The position numbers were made by a program, and so were the translations under genes. From Ostreococcus lucimarinus (lineage: Eukaryota), in assembly GCA_000092065.1 (NCBI GenBank), contig CP000596.1: a stretch of 64,000 nt of DNA, one strand, 5' to 3'. Every line of letters starts with the position of its first letter. The stretch's first letter is position 1. Under the pieces are notes generated by a model. It was not told the DNA's origin. It did no database searches and saw nothing but the letters and a program-made list of their open reading frames with translations. Shown piece after piece: positions 8,038-17,651 of this stretch.

Positions 8038-10896
8038 CTATCGTTTCCGTTCGAATACACCGTGAGAGGCGATGGTATCGTCATCGCGCTTCGCCTCGTC
8101 GAGCGAGCGCACGTATCCACCGGTAATACCTCTCGATATGCGATAGAGGAGCGAGTTCTCGGGCGCGCCGTCGTCGACGATGACGTCCCGACGCTTCTCC
8201 ATGGCTTCGACGTTTGGCGGGAAAAGCTTCGGTTGATCGAGGCTTTCTCGCGGAATGTGCCTCGCATAGGGCAATCCCGGACGACACCGATCATACGCGT
8301 GTAGAAGCGACTCAAATGTTCGCTTCCACGTCAACCCACTCGTGCTCGCCACCGCTGCGGCAGACATGCGTTTCGCGAGCTCTCTATCCTTCATCAATCG
8401 CCTGATTGCGTTGACGTAGTTGGTAACGTCGCCGGGCAATGGTGCCGTGTTCTTCACAATGATCCCGCTCACCTCATCTTGCACTATAGCTCGATTCACA
8501 CCAACGTCATCCGTGATCACGGGCAACCCTGAAGCCATGGCTTCGATGAGATTGTTTGGAATCACCTCTGTCTTCGACGGGAAGAAGAATATATCTCCCG
8601 CCGCGTACGTTTTCGCGAGATTTGTCCCACCTTTATGACCTAGAATCACCACGTTTTCAAACTGCTTCAAGCTTGATCGCACCCAAGCCAAATCCGGTCC
8701 ATCGCCGGCGACGACGACTCGAAACTTTGGTAAATCCGCCTCGCGCTGCGCGACCTTGTTCAACGACTGGATCGTTTTCACAAAGCTCCCGAGACCTTTC
8801 TCGCGAACGATGCGAGCGACCCATAGAATGACAATATCGTCGCTCGATGCGCCGAAGACATCTCGTCTGTACTCGTCATCGCGCATCGATGGGTTGTACA
8901 ACGTTTGATTGACTCCTCGCGGAAAGAATCCCATCTTTTCTCCGGGAATCCCGATCGAACGGAGATGGTTCGCCGCGGCGTACGTCGGTACGGCGACGAC
9001 ATCGCACATGGAATAAAAATCTTTGAGCAAGTGTTGGATCGGATGGGTCAACAATCTGACGCGATAGTACTGCATGTAAGTGTCAAACGCAGTGTGATAT
9101 GAACACACCGAGCACGCGCCAACTTCTCTGGCCCAACGCACCGCGCTGTGACCGAGCATGTCAGGTGCGGCGACGTGCACGACGTGAGGATTGTACGCCT
9201 CGAGAACAGCGCGTTGCCTGGCTTGCAATGGGGCCGCCATCTTGTATTCTGGCCGTCCAGGAACTTCAACGGCGGGCACCGGCGCCACGAGTTGGTGAAC
9301 GCTGTGGTAATTGTTCGCCTCAACGTAATCTCGCTCGGCTAGATCCGGAGACATGACGAGCACACTCGCATCGTCCCGATCGCGTAAATAGCTGGCAAAG
9401 CGCTTCATCGTTCGACTTACGCCGTCAACGTGCTCCCAAACAGTAGTGACGATGGCGATTCGACGCACATCCAGCGCGACTACGTCGGACGACGCCTCGC
9501 TGCACGCCAACTCCGGACACGTCTTGTCGCTCACGACATTTTTTGCTTCCTTCAGCGTTGTCGCCAAGTCTGACGTCGCTTTACGCGCGTCTTCCAACCC
9601 GCACGCTTCGTACGCCGAAGCGACTTGGTACAACTGTTCCACCGCGCCCTCGTGCCACTGGTAGTGCTGCACGGAAATTGGCACTGGGAAAATGTTGTCC
9701 TGACGAATGTCCAACGCCGTCGCCGGAACAACGTCGTCGTGCGCGAAATCGTGCAGCGCACGCACATCGGCGACGTCAAATTTTAGCTTATGTGCGATCA
9801 CCATGCCTTCGCGCGGAAGTACTTGACCCGCTCCATTTGTATTCGGCGGCGACCTTCGCACGTCGCACGCCGGCCCCACGTGACACTTTCTCGGATAGCT
9901 CTTGTGCAACGACGTCTCCGCCTCGCGCTCGACAAGGGAACCATCGGAAGAGATTCGATCGAACCAAACACCGTTCACGAGCTCGAAACCGAGCGCGTCC
10001 GCGCGCGCCAGAAACGCAGGAATGCTATACTTTTCGCTCCCCAAATCCGCTTGCTCGGGGACGAATAAATGTTCATCAATGTCGGCTAAAATCACCCAAT
10101 CTTCCTCGCACGCCACGCCCGCGAGTTGCCGTTGCCAATATCTCGACAAATCGCTGTGTAAAAGCGTCTCGCCCCAGTATTTAGAGTACGTCACCCCGCG
10201 TTTCTTCATCACCGTTTCAAATTTCCCAAACCGCGATTTCGAAGCCTCTCCGACGTGCACCACCATAAACACATTCTCCGCCGGAATCTTCCCGTAGTCG
10301 ACGTAATGCGTCAAAAATTCCTCTAAAAGTCTCACCCCAAACGTCGCGTGCGCGTGCACGCCCGTCAACAGCACCGTCTTCGCCGCCTTTCCTCGTCCGA
10401 GCGCCTTGTCCAACGCGCTCCTCCGCCGTCCCGCCGAGCTCACTCGCCGCGGTCTGTACCTTCGATTCGGTCCCTCGAACCGTCCTCGATCGCCCGCGTC
10501 CAGGTCCCCACAGCTTAATTTCTTCGCCCGCCGTCCATCGCCTCCCTCGGCGCCGCTCCACGACTCGAGCGCTCTGTCCGCGCGTCTCGCGCTCAGCGCG
10601 TGTCGCCGTCTCGACACCGCCCGTCCGTCGCTCATCCATCGCACCGCCCACACCACCATCGCGCACGCGCACGCGCGCGCCACCATCACCCGCGCGCTCG
10701 CGCGTCGCTTTCGTCCGCTCCGCTGTCCTCGCTCCCGTCGCGCGCCGTCGTTTCGCCACGCCGCGCCGACTCTATCCATCATCTTAATCAACTTTTGTCG
10801 CCACCGCGCGCGGCTGCCGCACAGCGCGCGGTGCTGCGCCCGGTCCCAGGACGTGTGCGGGGAGCTGTCGCCGCTCGCGCTCAGCGCGAGCGGCAT
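8038..10896 (-). CDS. Two-domain glycosyltransferase. An N-terminal region with a DIDE/DxD-like motif precedes a C-terminal GT4-type catalytic domain (Glycos_transf_1).
   Basis: The C-terminal half reads ...ILWVARIVREKGLGSFVKT...FRVVVAGDGPDL...FFFPSKTEVIPNNLIEAMASGLPVITDDVGV, a typical GT4 EX7E region. ATG at 10896. The first ~230 aa are low-complexity, so the true start may be internal (for example MVARACACAMVVWAVRW, a possible signal anchor). Confidence 0.8.
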   Translation of the reverse strand: MPLALSASGDSSPHTSWDRAQHRALCGSRARWRQKLIKMMDRVGAAWRNDGARRERGQRSGRKRRASARVMVARACACAMVVWAVRWMSDGRAVSRRRHALSARRADRALESWSGAEGGDGRRAKKLSCGDLDAGDRGRFEGPNRRYRPRRVSSAGRRRSALDKALGRGKAAKTVLLTGVHAHATFGVRLLEEFLTHYVDYGKIPAENVFMVVHVGEASKSRFGKFETVMKKRGVTYSKYWGETLLHSDLSRYWQRQLAGVACEEDWVILADIDEHLFVPEQADLGSEKYSIPAFLARADALGFELVNGVWFDRISSDGSLVEREAETSLHKSYPRKCHVGPACDVRRSPPNTNGAGQVLPREGMVIAHKLKFDVADVRALHDFAHDDVVPATALDIRQDNIFPVPISVQHYQWHEGAVEQLYQVASAYEACGLEDARKATSDLATTLKEAKNVVSDKTCPELACSEASSDVVALDVRRIAIVTTVWEHVDGVSRTMKRFASYLRDRDDASVLVMSPDLAERDYVEANNYHSVHQLVAPVPAVEVPGRPEYKMAAPLQARQRAVLEAYNPHVVHVAAPDMLGHSAVRWAREVGACSVCSYHTAFDTYMQYYRVRLLTHPIQHLLKDFYSMCDVVAVPTYAAANHLRSIGIPGEKMGFFPRGVNQTLYNPSMRDDEYRRDVFGASSDDIVILWVARIVREKGLGSFVKTIQSLNKVAQREADLPKFRVVVAGDGPDLAWVRSSLKQFENVVILGHKGGTNLAKTYAAGDIFFFPSKTEVIPNNLIEAMASGLPVITDDVGVNRAIVQDEVSGIIVKNTAPLPGDVTNYVNAIRRLMKDRELAKRMSAAAVASTSGLTWKRTFESLLHAYDRCRPGLPYARHIPRESLDQPKLFPPNVEAMEKRRDVIVDDGAPENSLLYRISRGITGGYVRSLDEAKRDDDTIASHGVFERKR

Positions 10897-11124
10897 CGCG
10901 GCGCCGCGCGCGCGCCGCGCGTCGAGGTGTGTCGCGTCGTATGGGCAAACAGTGACGCGCCGCGATCACAAACGTCTCGAACGTTGAGACCGACGCCGCA
11001 GACGACGACGCGCGAGCGCGCGCGCGCGGCGACGCGCGCGCGCGCGCGAGGCGACGACGGCGAAGGCGACGGACGGCGCGACGCGGCGAGGCGCGGGCAC
11101 GGCGGCGCGCGCGCGCGACGCGAC

Positions 11125-11160
11125 GCGAATCGTCGCGAATCGAATCGAATCGATTCATCG
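11125..11160. promoter_or_regulatory. (TCGAA)n-like pentanucleotide repeat in the 5' region of the PAF-AH-like gene.
   Basis: The sequence gcgaatcgtcgcgaatcgaatcgaatcgattc lies 25-60 bp upstream of the ATG at 11183. The same element sits upstream of the YEATS gene at 48851-48898. Confidence 0.4.
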
Positions 11161-11182
11161 CACTTTTTAATCGCGTCGAGCG

Positions 11183-13474
11183 ATGGTCTGGCGCGCGCTG
11201 GGACGCGCGTTCCGCGCGATCCGAGGACCGTTTCATCGACCGCTGGAACCGCTGCTGTGGCTGGCGAGCGTGGTGAGCGCGCGGCGAGTGTGGGCGGGGA
11301 AGGATGCGAAACACGCGGCGGCGCGGGCGGCGATGGACGCGCGATTGGCGGCGATGCATCCGGCGAGACGGGCGCTGCCGCTGCTGGCGGTGATCGCGCA
11401 GTGGAGGGTGGACGGCGCGCGGTGGCAGGTGGTGCCGGCGTACATCGGGACGGGGGTGTGCATGAGCGTGGGGGCGGCGGGGAGTAAATTGCCGCTGTGG
11501 GCGCGGCGCGCGGCGGCGCTGAGCGGAGGCGCGACGACGTTCGCGAGCGTGCTGAGTGGATTGTTGATACCGGTGTTTCGAATGCCCAAACCCACGGGAC
11601 CGCATAAGGTTGGAAAGAGGACGCTGATGTGGACGGATCGATCGAGGAAGAGTTGGTTGTTGAACACGAAGGGACGCGGGGCGTTTCCCGAGCACAGAAA
11701 ATTGATGGCGAACATTTGGTATCCGGCGTGCGAGCGCGGGCTCAAGGAGGTGAAGAAGCCGCGCAAGGCGAACTGGCTCGAGCCCTTGCTCGCGAAGTCT
11801 TTAGCGGTGAGCTTTTGGGCGCCAGAGTGGTGCGTGAATTACTTTCGATTGGTTCGCATGGAGGCGCTGGAGGACGTCCCCGTCGCGGGTGGACGAGGAG
11901 AGCAATTCCCGGTGGTCGTGTTTTCGCACTCATTCACGGGGATGAAGGAGCAAAACAGCGCGCTGTTGCAAGAGCTCGCGAGTTGGGGGTACATCATCGT
12001 CACCGTCGATCATCCGCACGACGCGGCGCTGGTGTTGTATCCGGACGGGTCGACGGCGGATTTCAGAGGATACGACATGCCGAACGACACCGTGCCGTTC
12101 AACTGGTGGAAATTTAGAAATCAGCACTTGCGTTGGCGCGCGCTGGATGTGGCTTTCGCCCTGGATCAGGTGGTGGCGATGAATGCCGATCCTGAAAGCG
12201 ACTTTTACGAGCGATTGGATTTGACGCGCGTCGCCGCCATGGGACACTCGTTCGGCGGCGCCGCGGTGGGGATGCTCGCGCAAATGGATTCTCGAATCCA
12301 GTGCTGCATCATGCTTGATCCTTGGATGTGGCCTTTCGGGTACGAGCGCATGAAACAAGGCATCCCATGCCCAGTGTTGGTCTTCGAAGCACCGCGATTT
12401 CTGGGTAATCGGGACATCTTTTGCATTTCCAACGCCGAGATGACGTCGGACTTGTGCGCCAACACGGCGCCGGCGGCGTGCTCGAAAGAGGTCGAGCCCC
12501 GACGTTTGTCCGAAGTTCTCGAAGCCCCCGACGCGAGTGCGACAATAGATGTCGCCGGCGAGCAATCGCCGAGCGATGAGATCGATTACAGAGAAGATGA
12601 TGCGTCGAACGAAGAATCGGCTCGCGCCGCTTCGCCGGGACGTCCGCCGCGTCCGCCGCGTCGCTCGAGTGGTGCTGATTCGACAGATAGGCGTGCGACA
12701 GACGCCCGCGCGTTATCACAAAGTAGAAACAGTAGCTGGGGATCTTTCATGTCGGTGGATGAGCAACGCGAGCCGAGCGGTGTGGCGTTCAAGGCGGTGA
12801 TCGAAGAGACGATGCACTTTGATTTCACCGATCTCGCCATGGTCGCCCCGTTGACGACGCGCTTACTAGGCGTCGTCGCGGTCGGAGGATACGAAGTTCA
12901 TCACATCACTTCGGCCGCGATTTTGCGTTTCTTGCACGGGTATAATCATCCGCACAAGTTTGAATCGATCTTCAGCGCGGAGGAACTCGACGAGCAAGCG
13001 AGAGCGTTGTACCCGGGGCCTTGGTTGGGTTGCCCGTTTGACGAAAAGGCGAAGCGTGTCGCTGAAAAAGAGTCTTTGGACGCCCTCGATGGGCGTGCGA
13101 CACCACTCAAGACGCTTCGCGAGGAATTGTCGAAACCGCGATCGAGCGGCTGGAAGGAGAAGGGCGGTATTTGCCGATGGATCCCCACCGAAGAGTTTAC
13201 TCTCGACAAGAGACGACCGTGGATCGACGAACAAAATCGCGAGATCCGATGGTTGTGCGCCGAGACGGAGGACAAAGGTGTGCCACTAACGGACCGCGAT
13301 TTGCACTGCATGTTCCCCACGCGTTCGTTGAAGAGTACGCGAGACGCCATCCGGGCGTACCGAGACAGCGATGAAGTGTTTCCCGAGCCGACCAAGTTAG
13401 CGTGGTTGTCGCAGGCGCTTCTCGACGGCGATGCCGCGGATTCAGGTCCAGACTACGCATCACTACGACCGTGA
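11183..13474 (+). CDS. Platelet-activating-factor acetylhydrolase (PLA2G7)-like alpha/beta hydrolase with a long C-terminal extension.
   Basis: FPVVVFSHSFTGMKEQNSALLQELASWGYIIVTVDHPHD, the nucleophile elbow AAMGHSFGGAAVGM, and CIMLDPWMWP are present. ATG at 11183. Confidence 0.75.
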   Translation: MVWRALGRAFRAIRGPFHRPLEPLLWLASVVSARRVWAGKDAKHAAARAAMDARLAAMHPARRALPLLAVIAQWRVDGARWQVVPAYIGTGVCMSVGAAGSKLPLWARRAAALSGGATTFASVLSGLLIPVFRMPKPTGPHKVGKRTLMWTDRSRKSWLLNTKGRGAFPEHRKLMANIWYPACERGLKEVKKPRKANWLEPLLAKSLAVSFWAPEWCVNYFRLVRMEALEDVPVAGGRGEQFPVVVFSHSFTGMKEQNSALLQELASWGYIIVTVDHPHDAALVLYPDGSTADFRGYDMPNDTVPFNWWKFRNQHLRWRALDVAFALDQVVAMNADPESDFYERLDLTRVAAMGHSFGGAAVGMLAQMDSRIQCCIMLDPWMWPFGYERMKQGIPCPVLVFEAPRFLGNRDIFCISNAEMTSDLCANTAPAACSKEVEPRRLSEVLEAPDASATIDVAGEQSPSDEIDYREDDASNEESARAASPGRPPRPPRRSSGADSTDRRATDARALSQSRNSSWGSFMSVDEQREPSGVAFKAVIEETMHFDFTDLAMVAPLTTRLLGVVAVGGYEVHHITSAAILRFLHGYNHPHKFESIFSAEELDEQARALYPGPWLGCPFDEKAKRVAEKESLDALDGRATPLKTLREELSKPRSSGWKEKGGICRWIPTEEFTLDKRRPWIDEQNREIRWLCAETEDKGVPLTDRDLHCMFPTRSLKSTRDAIRAYRDSDEVFPEPTKLAWLSQALLDGDAADSGPDYASLRP

Positions 13475-13586
13475 TGAATGTAAAATATAGCTCAAGCACG
13501 CGTTACGTTGCCATATATTATTGATATTAAAAACCGCCGCTAAGCGCGCGACGAGCGAGCAAAACGCAAATTTTACGGGACGCGCA

Positions 13587-14381
13587 TCAATTCCGTTTGC
13601 CCACGTCCAACTGGAACCACTGGTCGGCCAAAGGTTCCACACCGCTTTGCGCGTAGTAGTACGCCGCTATAGTACTCGCGAGGCGCTTCTTCTTCACCAA
13701 CGGTCGTTCGTTCGCGTCGTTCCCGCCTCCGTCCACGATGAAATCCGCCGCTTTCTTATACCACGGCAAACGTCGCTCCATAATCTCCCGAAAACTCTTC
13801 GACGCGTTCAAATCTGGCCTGTTCGAATCACCCGCGATCCTCTCGATCAAATAATCCACGTCTCGATCGAGAAACACGATCACTCCCCCCTTCGCCTTCA
13901 GCGCGTCCACCTTGCGTTGCGAAAACACCTCCTCTCCGTTTTCGTCCAAATCCGTCACGACCCCGCCCCCGGCGTCGATCAGCGCGAACCCATCGAACGC
14001 GCGTCCCGCTTTCACGCACACCTCAAACTCTAGCTCACGAAATCCACGCCATCCGCGCTCGTCCACGATCGCCGGTATCGACGCGCCGCCGGCTTCGTAC
14101 ACTATGAGGTCGTCCAGCGACATGTGTTTAAATCTTTTGTCGGCCGCCGCCAACCGTCGGCACACGCTCGACTTCCCGCACCCGCGCCCGCCGATGACGA
14201 TCAAGTTCAACCCCGCGCCGGCCGATCCCGCGTCGGTCGATCCCGCGTCGGTCGACGCCGCGCGCGCGCGCGCGCGCGCGCTCGCGGCGTCGACCGATGC
14301 GGCGCTCCGTCGACGCCCCGCGACGCGCGCGATCGACGCGCGCGCGTCGCGGCGCGTCCAACACGCGCGCGCGGTCGTCAT
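13587..14381 (-). CDS. Shikimate kinase with a transit peptide.
   Basis: The first ATG in the frame is at 14381 (MTTARACWTRRD...). The P-loop is IVIGGRGCGKSSV. The SK motifs are SLDDLI...GGASIPAIVDERGWRGFRELE, LIDAGGGVV, VFLDRDVDYLIERI...RPDL. The ORF track extends further upstream but has no ATG there. Confidence 0.8.
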   Translation of the reverse strand: MTTARACWTRRDARASIARVAGRRRSAASVDAASARARARAASTDAGSTDAGSAGAGLNLIVIGGRGCGKSSVCRRLAAADKRFKHMSLDDLIVYEAGGASIPAIVDERGWRGFRELEFEVCVKAGRAFDGFALIDAGGGVVTDLDENGEEVFSQRKVDALKAKGGVIVFLDRDVDYLIERIAGDSNRPDLNASKSFREIMERRLPWYKKAADFIVDGGGNDANERPLVKKKRLASTIAAYYYAQSGVEPLADQWFQLDVGKRN

Positions 14382-14465
14382 CTCGCGTCCCGCGCGCGCG
14401 CGCGCGACGTCGAGCGCGTCGACGCGCGTCGAGCTCTGCGACGCGCGGCATTGCGCGACGCCGTC

Positions 14466-15779
14466 ATGACGCCCGCGGCCGCGTCGACGACGCCGCTCAC
14501 GCTCGAGCGATGCGCGACGATGAAAGTCAAGGAACTTCGCGACGCGCTCGACGCGCGCGAGCTCCCGAGCGACGGCCTGAAGGCGACGCTGCGGGCGCGT
14601 TTGGAAGAATTCGTGCGGCGGGGCGATGGCGGCGGCGACGACGACGACGACGCGGAGCGCGCGTCGGACGCCGAGGCGAGCGCGACGGCGAGCGAGGGGT
14701 CGACGTCGGAATCGGCGTCGGTGGAGGACGCGCTGGCGAGGCGAATACGGGCGTCGGCGCAAAAGGCGGCGAGCGCGGCGAACGACGACGGCGACGGCGG
14801 CTCGAGCGACGAAGGCGACGACGAGAGCGAGGACGAGGCGTCGAGCGACGAGGAAGAGAAGAGGGAAGAATCGGAGTCAGAAGAGTCGGATTCGAACGGT
14901 GTGGAGGAGGATAAGTGGCGGCGGAAGGATGATCCGGTGCTGCATGAATTGCTTTCGTATTACGTCGCGCGCGGCGTGGAGACGGCGTGCAAGCTCGAGG
15001 CGTTTCGGAGACGCGTGGAGGATCCCGCGTTTGAACCCACGGCGGAGGAGGCGGCGTTCGTGGATGAATTGCAGACGAAGCTGATCGAGGAGTTCACGCA
15101 GCCGTTGCCGACGCTCGAGAGCGAGGCGAAGGCGCAGAGGGAGAGGAGATTAAAGGAGGAGGGCGGCATCGACGGGAGCGCGCCGAAGGCGCGAGGGGAC
15201 GAAAAGCGGAGCGCGATGCCCACGGATGGTTGGAATCGCACGCGGAAGAAGGAACGCGTGAAACTAAAAAAGAACGACCCATCCGCGCAAGGGACGTACG
15301 AGACGCGTAAGCTCATCGAGGAAGGCGCCGGATTGTTCGTCGCCCCGAACGACAAAACCAAGGTTCGTCGAGAGTTGCGAAAGATGGAACGCAAGACCGC
15401 GGGCAAGGGATGGTTCGACATGAAAGCCGTGGAGTATACTCCAGAGTTACGCAGAGAGATGCGCATGCTCAAGCTTCGCGGGGCGTACGACCCGAAGCGT
15501 TTCTACAAGAACGCCGATACCTCCAGGCTGCCGACGCACTTTCAAGTCGGCACCGTCGTCGGCGGCGCCGCGGACTTTTACTCCGCCAGGCTCGCCAAGA
15601 AGGATCAAAAGCGCACGCTCGCGGAAGAAATCATGCACGACAAAGACATCGAGCACGTCAGACGCCATCGTTTCGCGAAGATTCAAGAAAAGAACGCCGG
15701 AAACATGGGCCGAAAAGCCAAGCGTAAGCTCGGCGGCCGCGAGCGCGGCAACGCGCACCACAAAAAGAAGAAAATCTAA
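14466..15779 (+). CDS. SAP-domain protein with an acidic central region and a C-terminal Fcf2 (pre-rRNA processing, DNTTIP2-like) domain.
   Basis: MKVKELRDALDARELPSDGLKATLRARLEEF is a SAP motif. The D/E/S-rich middle is typical of Fcf2/TdIF2. The C-terminus reads KGWFDMKAVEYTPELRREMRMLKLRGAYDPKRFYKN. The start is the ATG at 14466 or 14520; the track start at 14124 is a GTG and would overlap the SK gene. Confidence 0.7.
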   Translation: MTPAAASTTPLTLERCATMKVKELRDALDARELPSDGLKATLRARLEEFVRRGDGGGDDDDDAERASDAEASATASEGSTSESASVEDALARRIRASAQKAASAANDDGDGGSSDEGDDESEDEASSDEEEKREESESEESDSNGVEEDKWRRKDDPVLHELLSYYVARGVETACKLEAFRRRVEDPAFEPTAEEAAFVDELQTKLIEEFTQPLPTLESEAKAQRERRLKEEGGIDGSAPKARGDEKRSAMPTDGWNRTRKKERVKLKKNDPSAQGTYETRKLIEEGAGLFVAPNDKTKVRRELRKMERKTAGKGWFDMKAVEYTPELRREMRMLKLRGAYDPKRFYKNADTSRLPTHFQVGTVVGGAADFYSARLAKKDQKRTLAEEIMHDKDIEHVRRHRFAKIQEKNAGNMGRKAKRKLGGRERGNAHHKKKKI

Positions 15780-15926
15780 GCCTCACCGCGACCTCGCGCT
15801 CGAGCGCGTCATTCGCAGCACCCACATCACCGTCGTACATCCCAAATCGTCGGAGATTGTAATAGAAATCATCCGCGTTGTATCGCCTCGTCCCGCGCCG
15901 CAGCCGTCGCCACTCGTCGCCTCGCC

Positions 15927-16820
15927 ATGGGCGCCAAAGTCTCCACGTCCGCCACCGCGGACGACCCTCGGGCGCCGCCGTGCGAGGGCGGCCGCGCCAT
16001 GTACGATCGCGCGCGCGAATCTAGCTCTGCCGCCGCCGACAGCGCGTGTCCCGTGCCGGAAGAGTACCGAGGAAACCTGGGGGTGTACAACGTGTACAAC
16101 ACGAAAATCGACGCCGCGCAGCCGTCGACGTCGAGCGATGGCGACCGGAAGAACGAGCGCAGAGGCATCGCTTCGTGGTTCGGATTCGGGGCGAGCGCGC
16201 TGGACCCGCGAAATAACATGCCGAGCGAGCCGGCGCAAGGGCGGGCGCCGGGACAACGGGACGCGCTGAGCGTCGCTCGCGAACGCTCGACGATTCCCAA
16301 GAGCGGCAGCGATGGTGGTACGTGGACGTACCCGTCGCCGCAGATGTTTTATAACGCATTGGTACGTAAAAATAAAGCCGAGGACGTGGAGGAGAGCGAT
16401 ATGGACAGCGTGGTGATGGTGCACAACGCGATGAACGAGGACACGTGGCGACGCGTGGCGCAGTGGGAAAAGTTGCACGCGTACGCTCGCGGGCAGCCGA
16501 TGCTGCTGCGATTTCGCGGACGACCGGACGAGTTGAGCCCGCTCGCGATGGCGCGATTGATGACCGGGGGCGCGCGACCGTTCGATAGACACGATTGGTA
16601 CGTCGATCGCGAAGGGCGCGAGGTGCGATACGTCATCGATTACTACTTCAACGAGGACAAGGCGGGGACGAGCGAACAATTCGACGTCGTCGTCCGTCCC
16701 GCCCTCGACAGCGTCGACGCGGTTTTGGACCGAATCAAAATGAACATTTACATCACGTGCGCGCGATTCGGGATTCCGTGTCCCGTGAGCGGCCACGGCG
16801 GCGAAATCGAAATCGACTAG
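15927..16820 (+). CDS. Cytochrome c/c1 heme lyase (holocytochrome c synthase).
   Basis: CPVPEEY is a CP heme-regulatory motif. WTYPSPQMFYNALVRKNK, MVHNAMNEDTWRRV and RPFDRHDWYVDR...RYVIDYYF are characteristic of CCHL. Confidence 0.85.
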   Translation: MGAKVSTSATADDPRAPPCEGGRAMYDRARESSSAAADSACPVPEEYRGNLGVYNVYNTKIDAAQPSTSSDGDRKNERRGIASWFGFGASALDPRNNMPSEPAQGRAPGQRDALSVARERSTIPKSGSDGGTWTYPSPQMFYNALVRKNKAEDVEESDMDSVVMVHNAMNEDTWRRVAQWEKLHAYARGQPMLLRFRGRPDELSPLAMARLMTGGARPFDRHDWYVDREGREVRYVIDYYFNEDKAGTSEQFDVVVRPALDSVDAVLDRIKMNIYITCARFGIPCPVSGHGGEIEID

Positions 16821-16897
16821 CGCGCGTCGCGCGACGAAACAAACGTCTCTCAACATTCTTTACGCGTCGTCATTAAATCAAATCATCGACGATTCCC

Positions 16898-17299
16898 TCA
16901 CCACAACCCGAACGGTCCCTTCTTGTTCGCCCGCGCTTCCTTCATCTTGCGCTGCGCCTCCGCCTTTTTCGCCGCGATCTCCGCCTGAAACTTTCGATAA
17001 TCTTCCGCCGTCACCTCCTTGGAGCCCTCCTTGATGAACGACCCGAGCAAGCCTTTCTTGATCGCCAGCTCCCCGTCGCGCAGTTCCCGCGCCGACTCGC
17101 CCGGCGTCTTCGCGACCGGCGTCTCGTTCGCCTTCGTCTCGCCCGACTTCCACGCGTCGATCCACCGCTGCGCCTCCGTCGCGCGCGCCTCGGGCGTCCG
17201 CGTCGCCGACGCGATCGTCGTTATCCGTTTTCGCGATCGACGCGGCGTCGTCGCGCGACGGTTCGCGACGGCGCGCGGCGCGGCGTTTGCAGCGAACAT
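16898..17299 (-). CDS. Small basic protein (133 aa) with an N-terminal presequence-like region and a C-terminal coiled-coil. Function unknown.
   Basis: The ATG at 17299 is the last in-frame Met before the conserved-looking tail ...WIDAWKSGETKANE...KKGLLGSFIKEGSKEVTAEDYRKFQAEIAAKKAEAQRKMKEARANKKGPFGLW. The 459-aa ORF in the track continues upstream through Arg/Ala low-complexity sequence and runs antisense over the UBTD-like gene. Confidence 0.4.
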   Translation of the reverse strand: MFAANAAPRAVANRRATTPRRSRKRITTIASATRTPEARATEAQRWIDAWKSGETKANETPVAKTPGESARELRDGELAIKKGLLGSFIKEGSKEVTAEDYRKFQAEIAAKKAEAQRKMKEARANKKGPFGLW

Positions 17300-17651
17300 G
17301 CGGCGAGTGAGGTTTTCGCGCTTTTGACGACGCGTTCGGGGCGGTCGCGAGGCGCGCGCGCGCGTGTCGACGTCGCGCGGATCGGCGGATGAATGAAGAT
17401 ACGCGCGCGACTGGAACCGACGTTCGCGATGCGATCCGACGACGCATCCATCGATCCGTCGTCGTCGCGTCGTCGTCGCGCGCGAAAAAGATCGCGCGCG
17501 CTCGCGCGTCGACGCGCGCGCGCGATGGTGAAACGCGCCCGCGCGTCGGCGCGCGCGGCGCGGCGTCTTCGTCGCGGGCGCGCGCGCGGCGAGACGATTC
17601 GCGCGTTCGCCGCGCGTCGACGCGTCACACCGCGCCGCGTCGACGCCGTCG

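Noticed and set aside
14124-14465. The upstream 114 codons of the track's SAP-protein ORF, which start at a GTG.
   Set aside because: There is no ATG until 14466. The stretch is Arg/Ala low complexity and would overlap the divergent shikimate kinase CDS. I treat it as 5' region.
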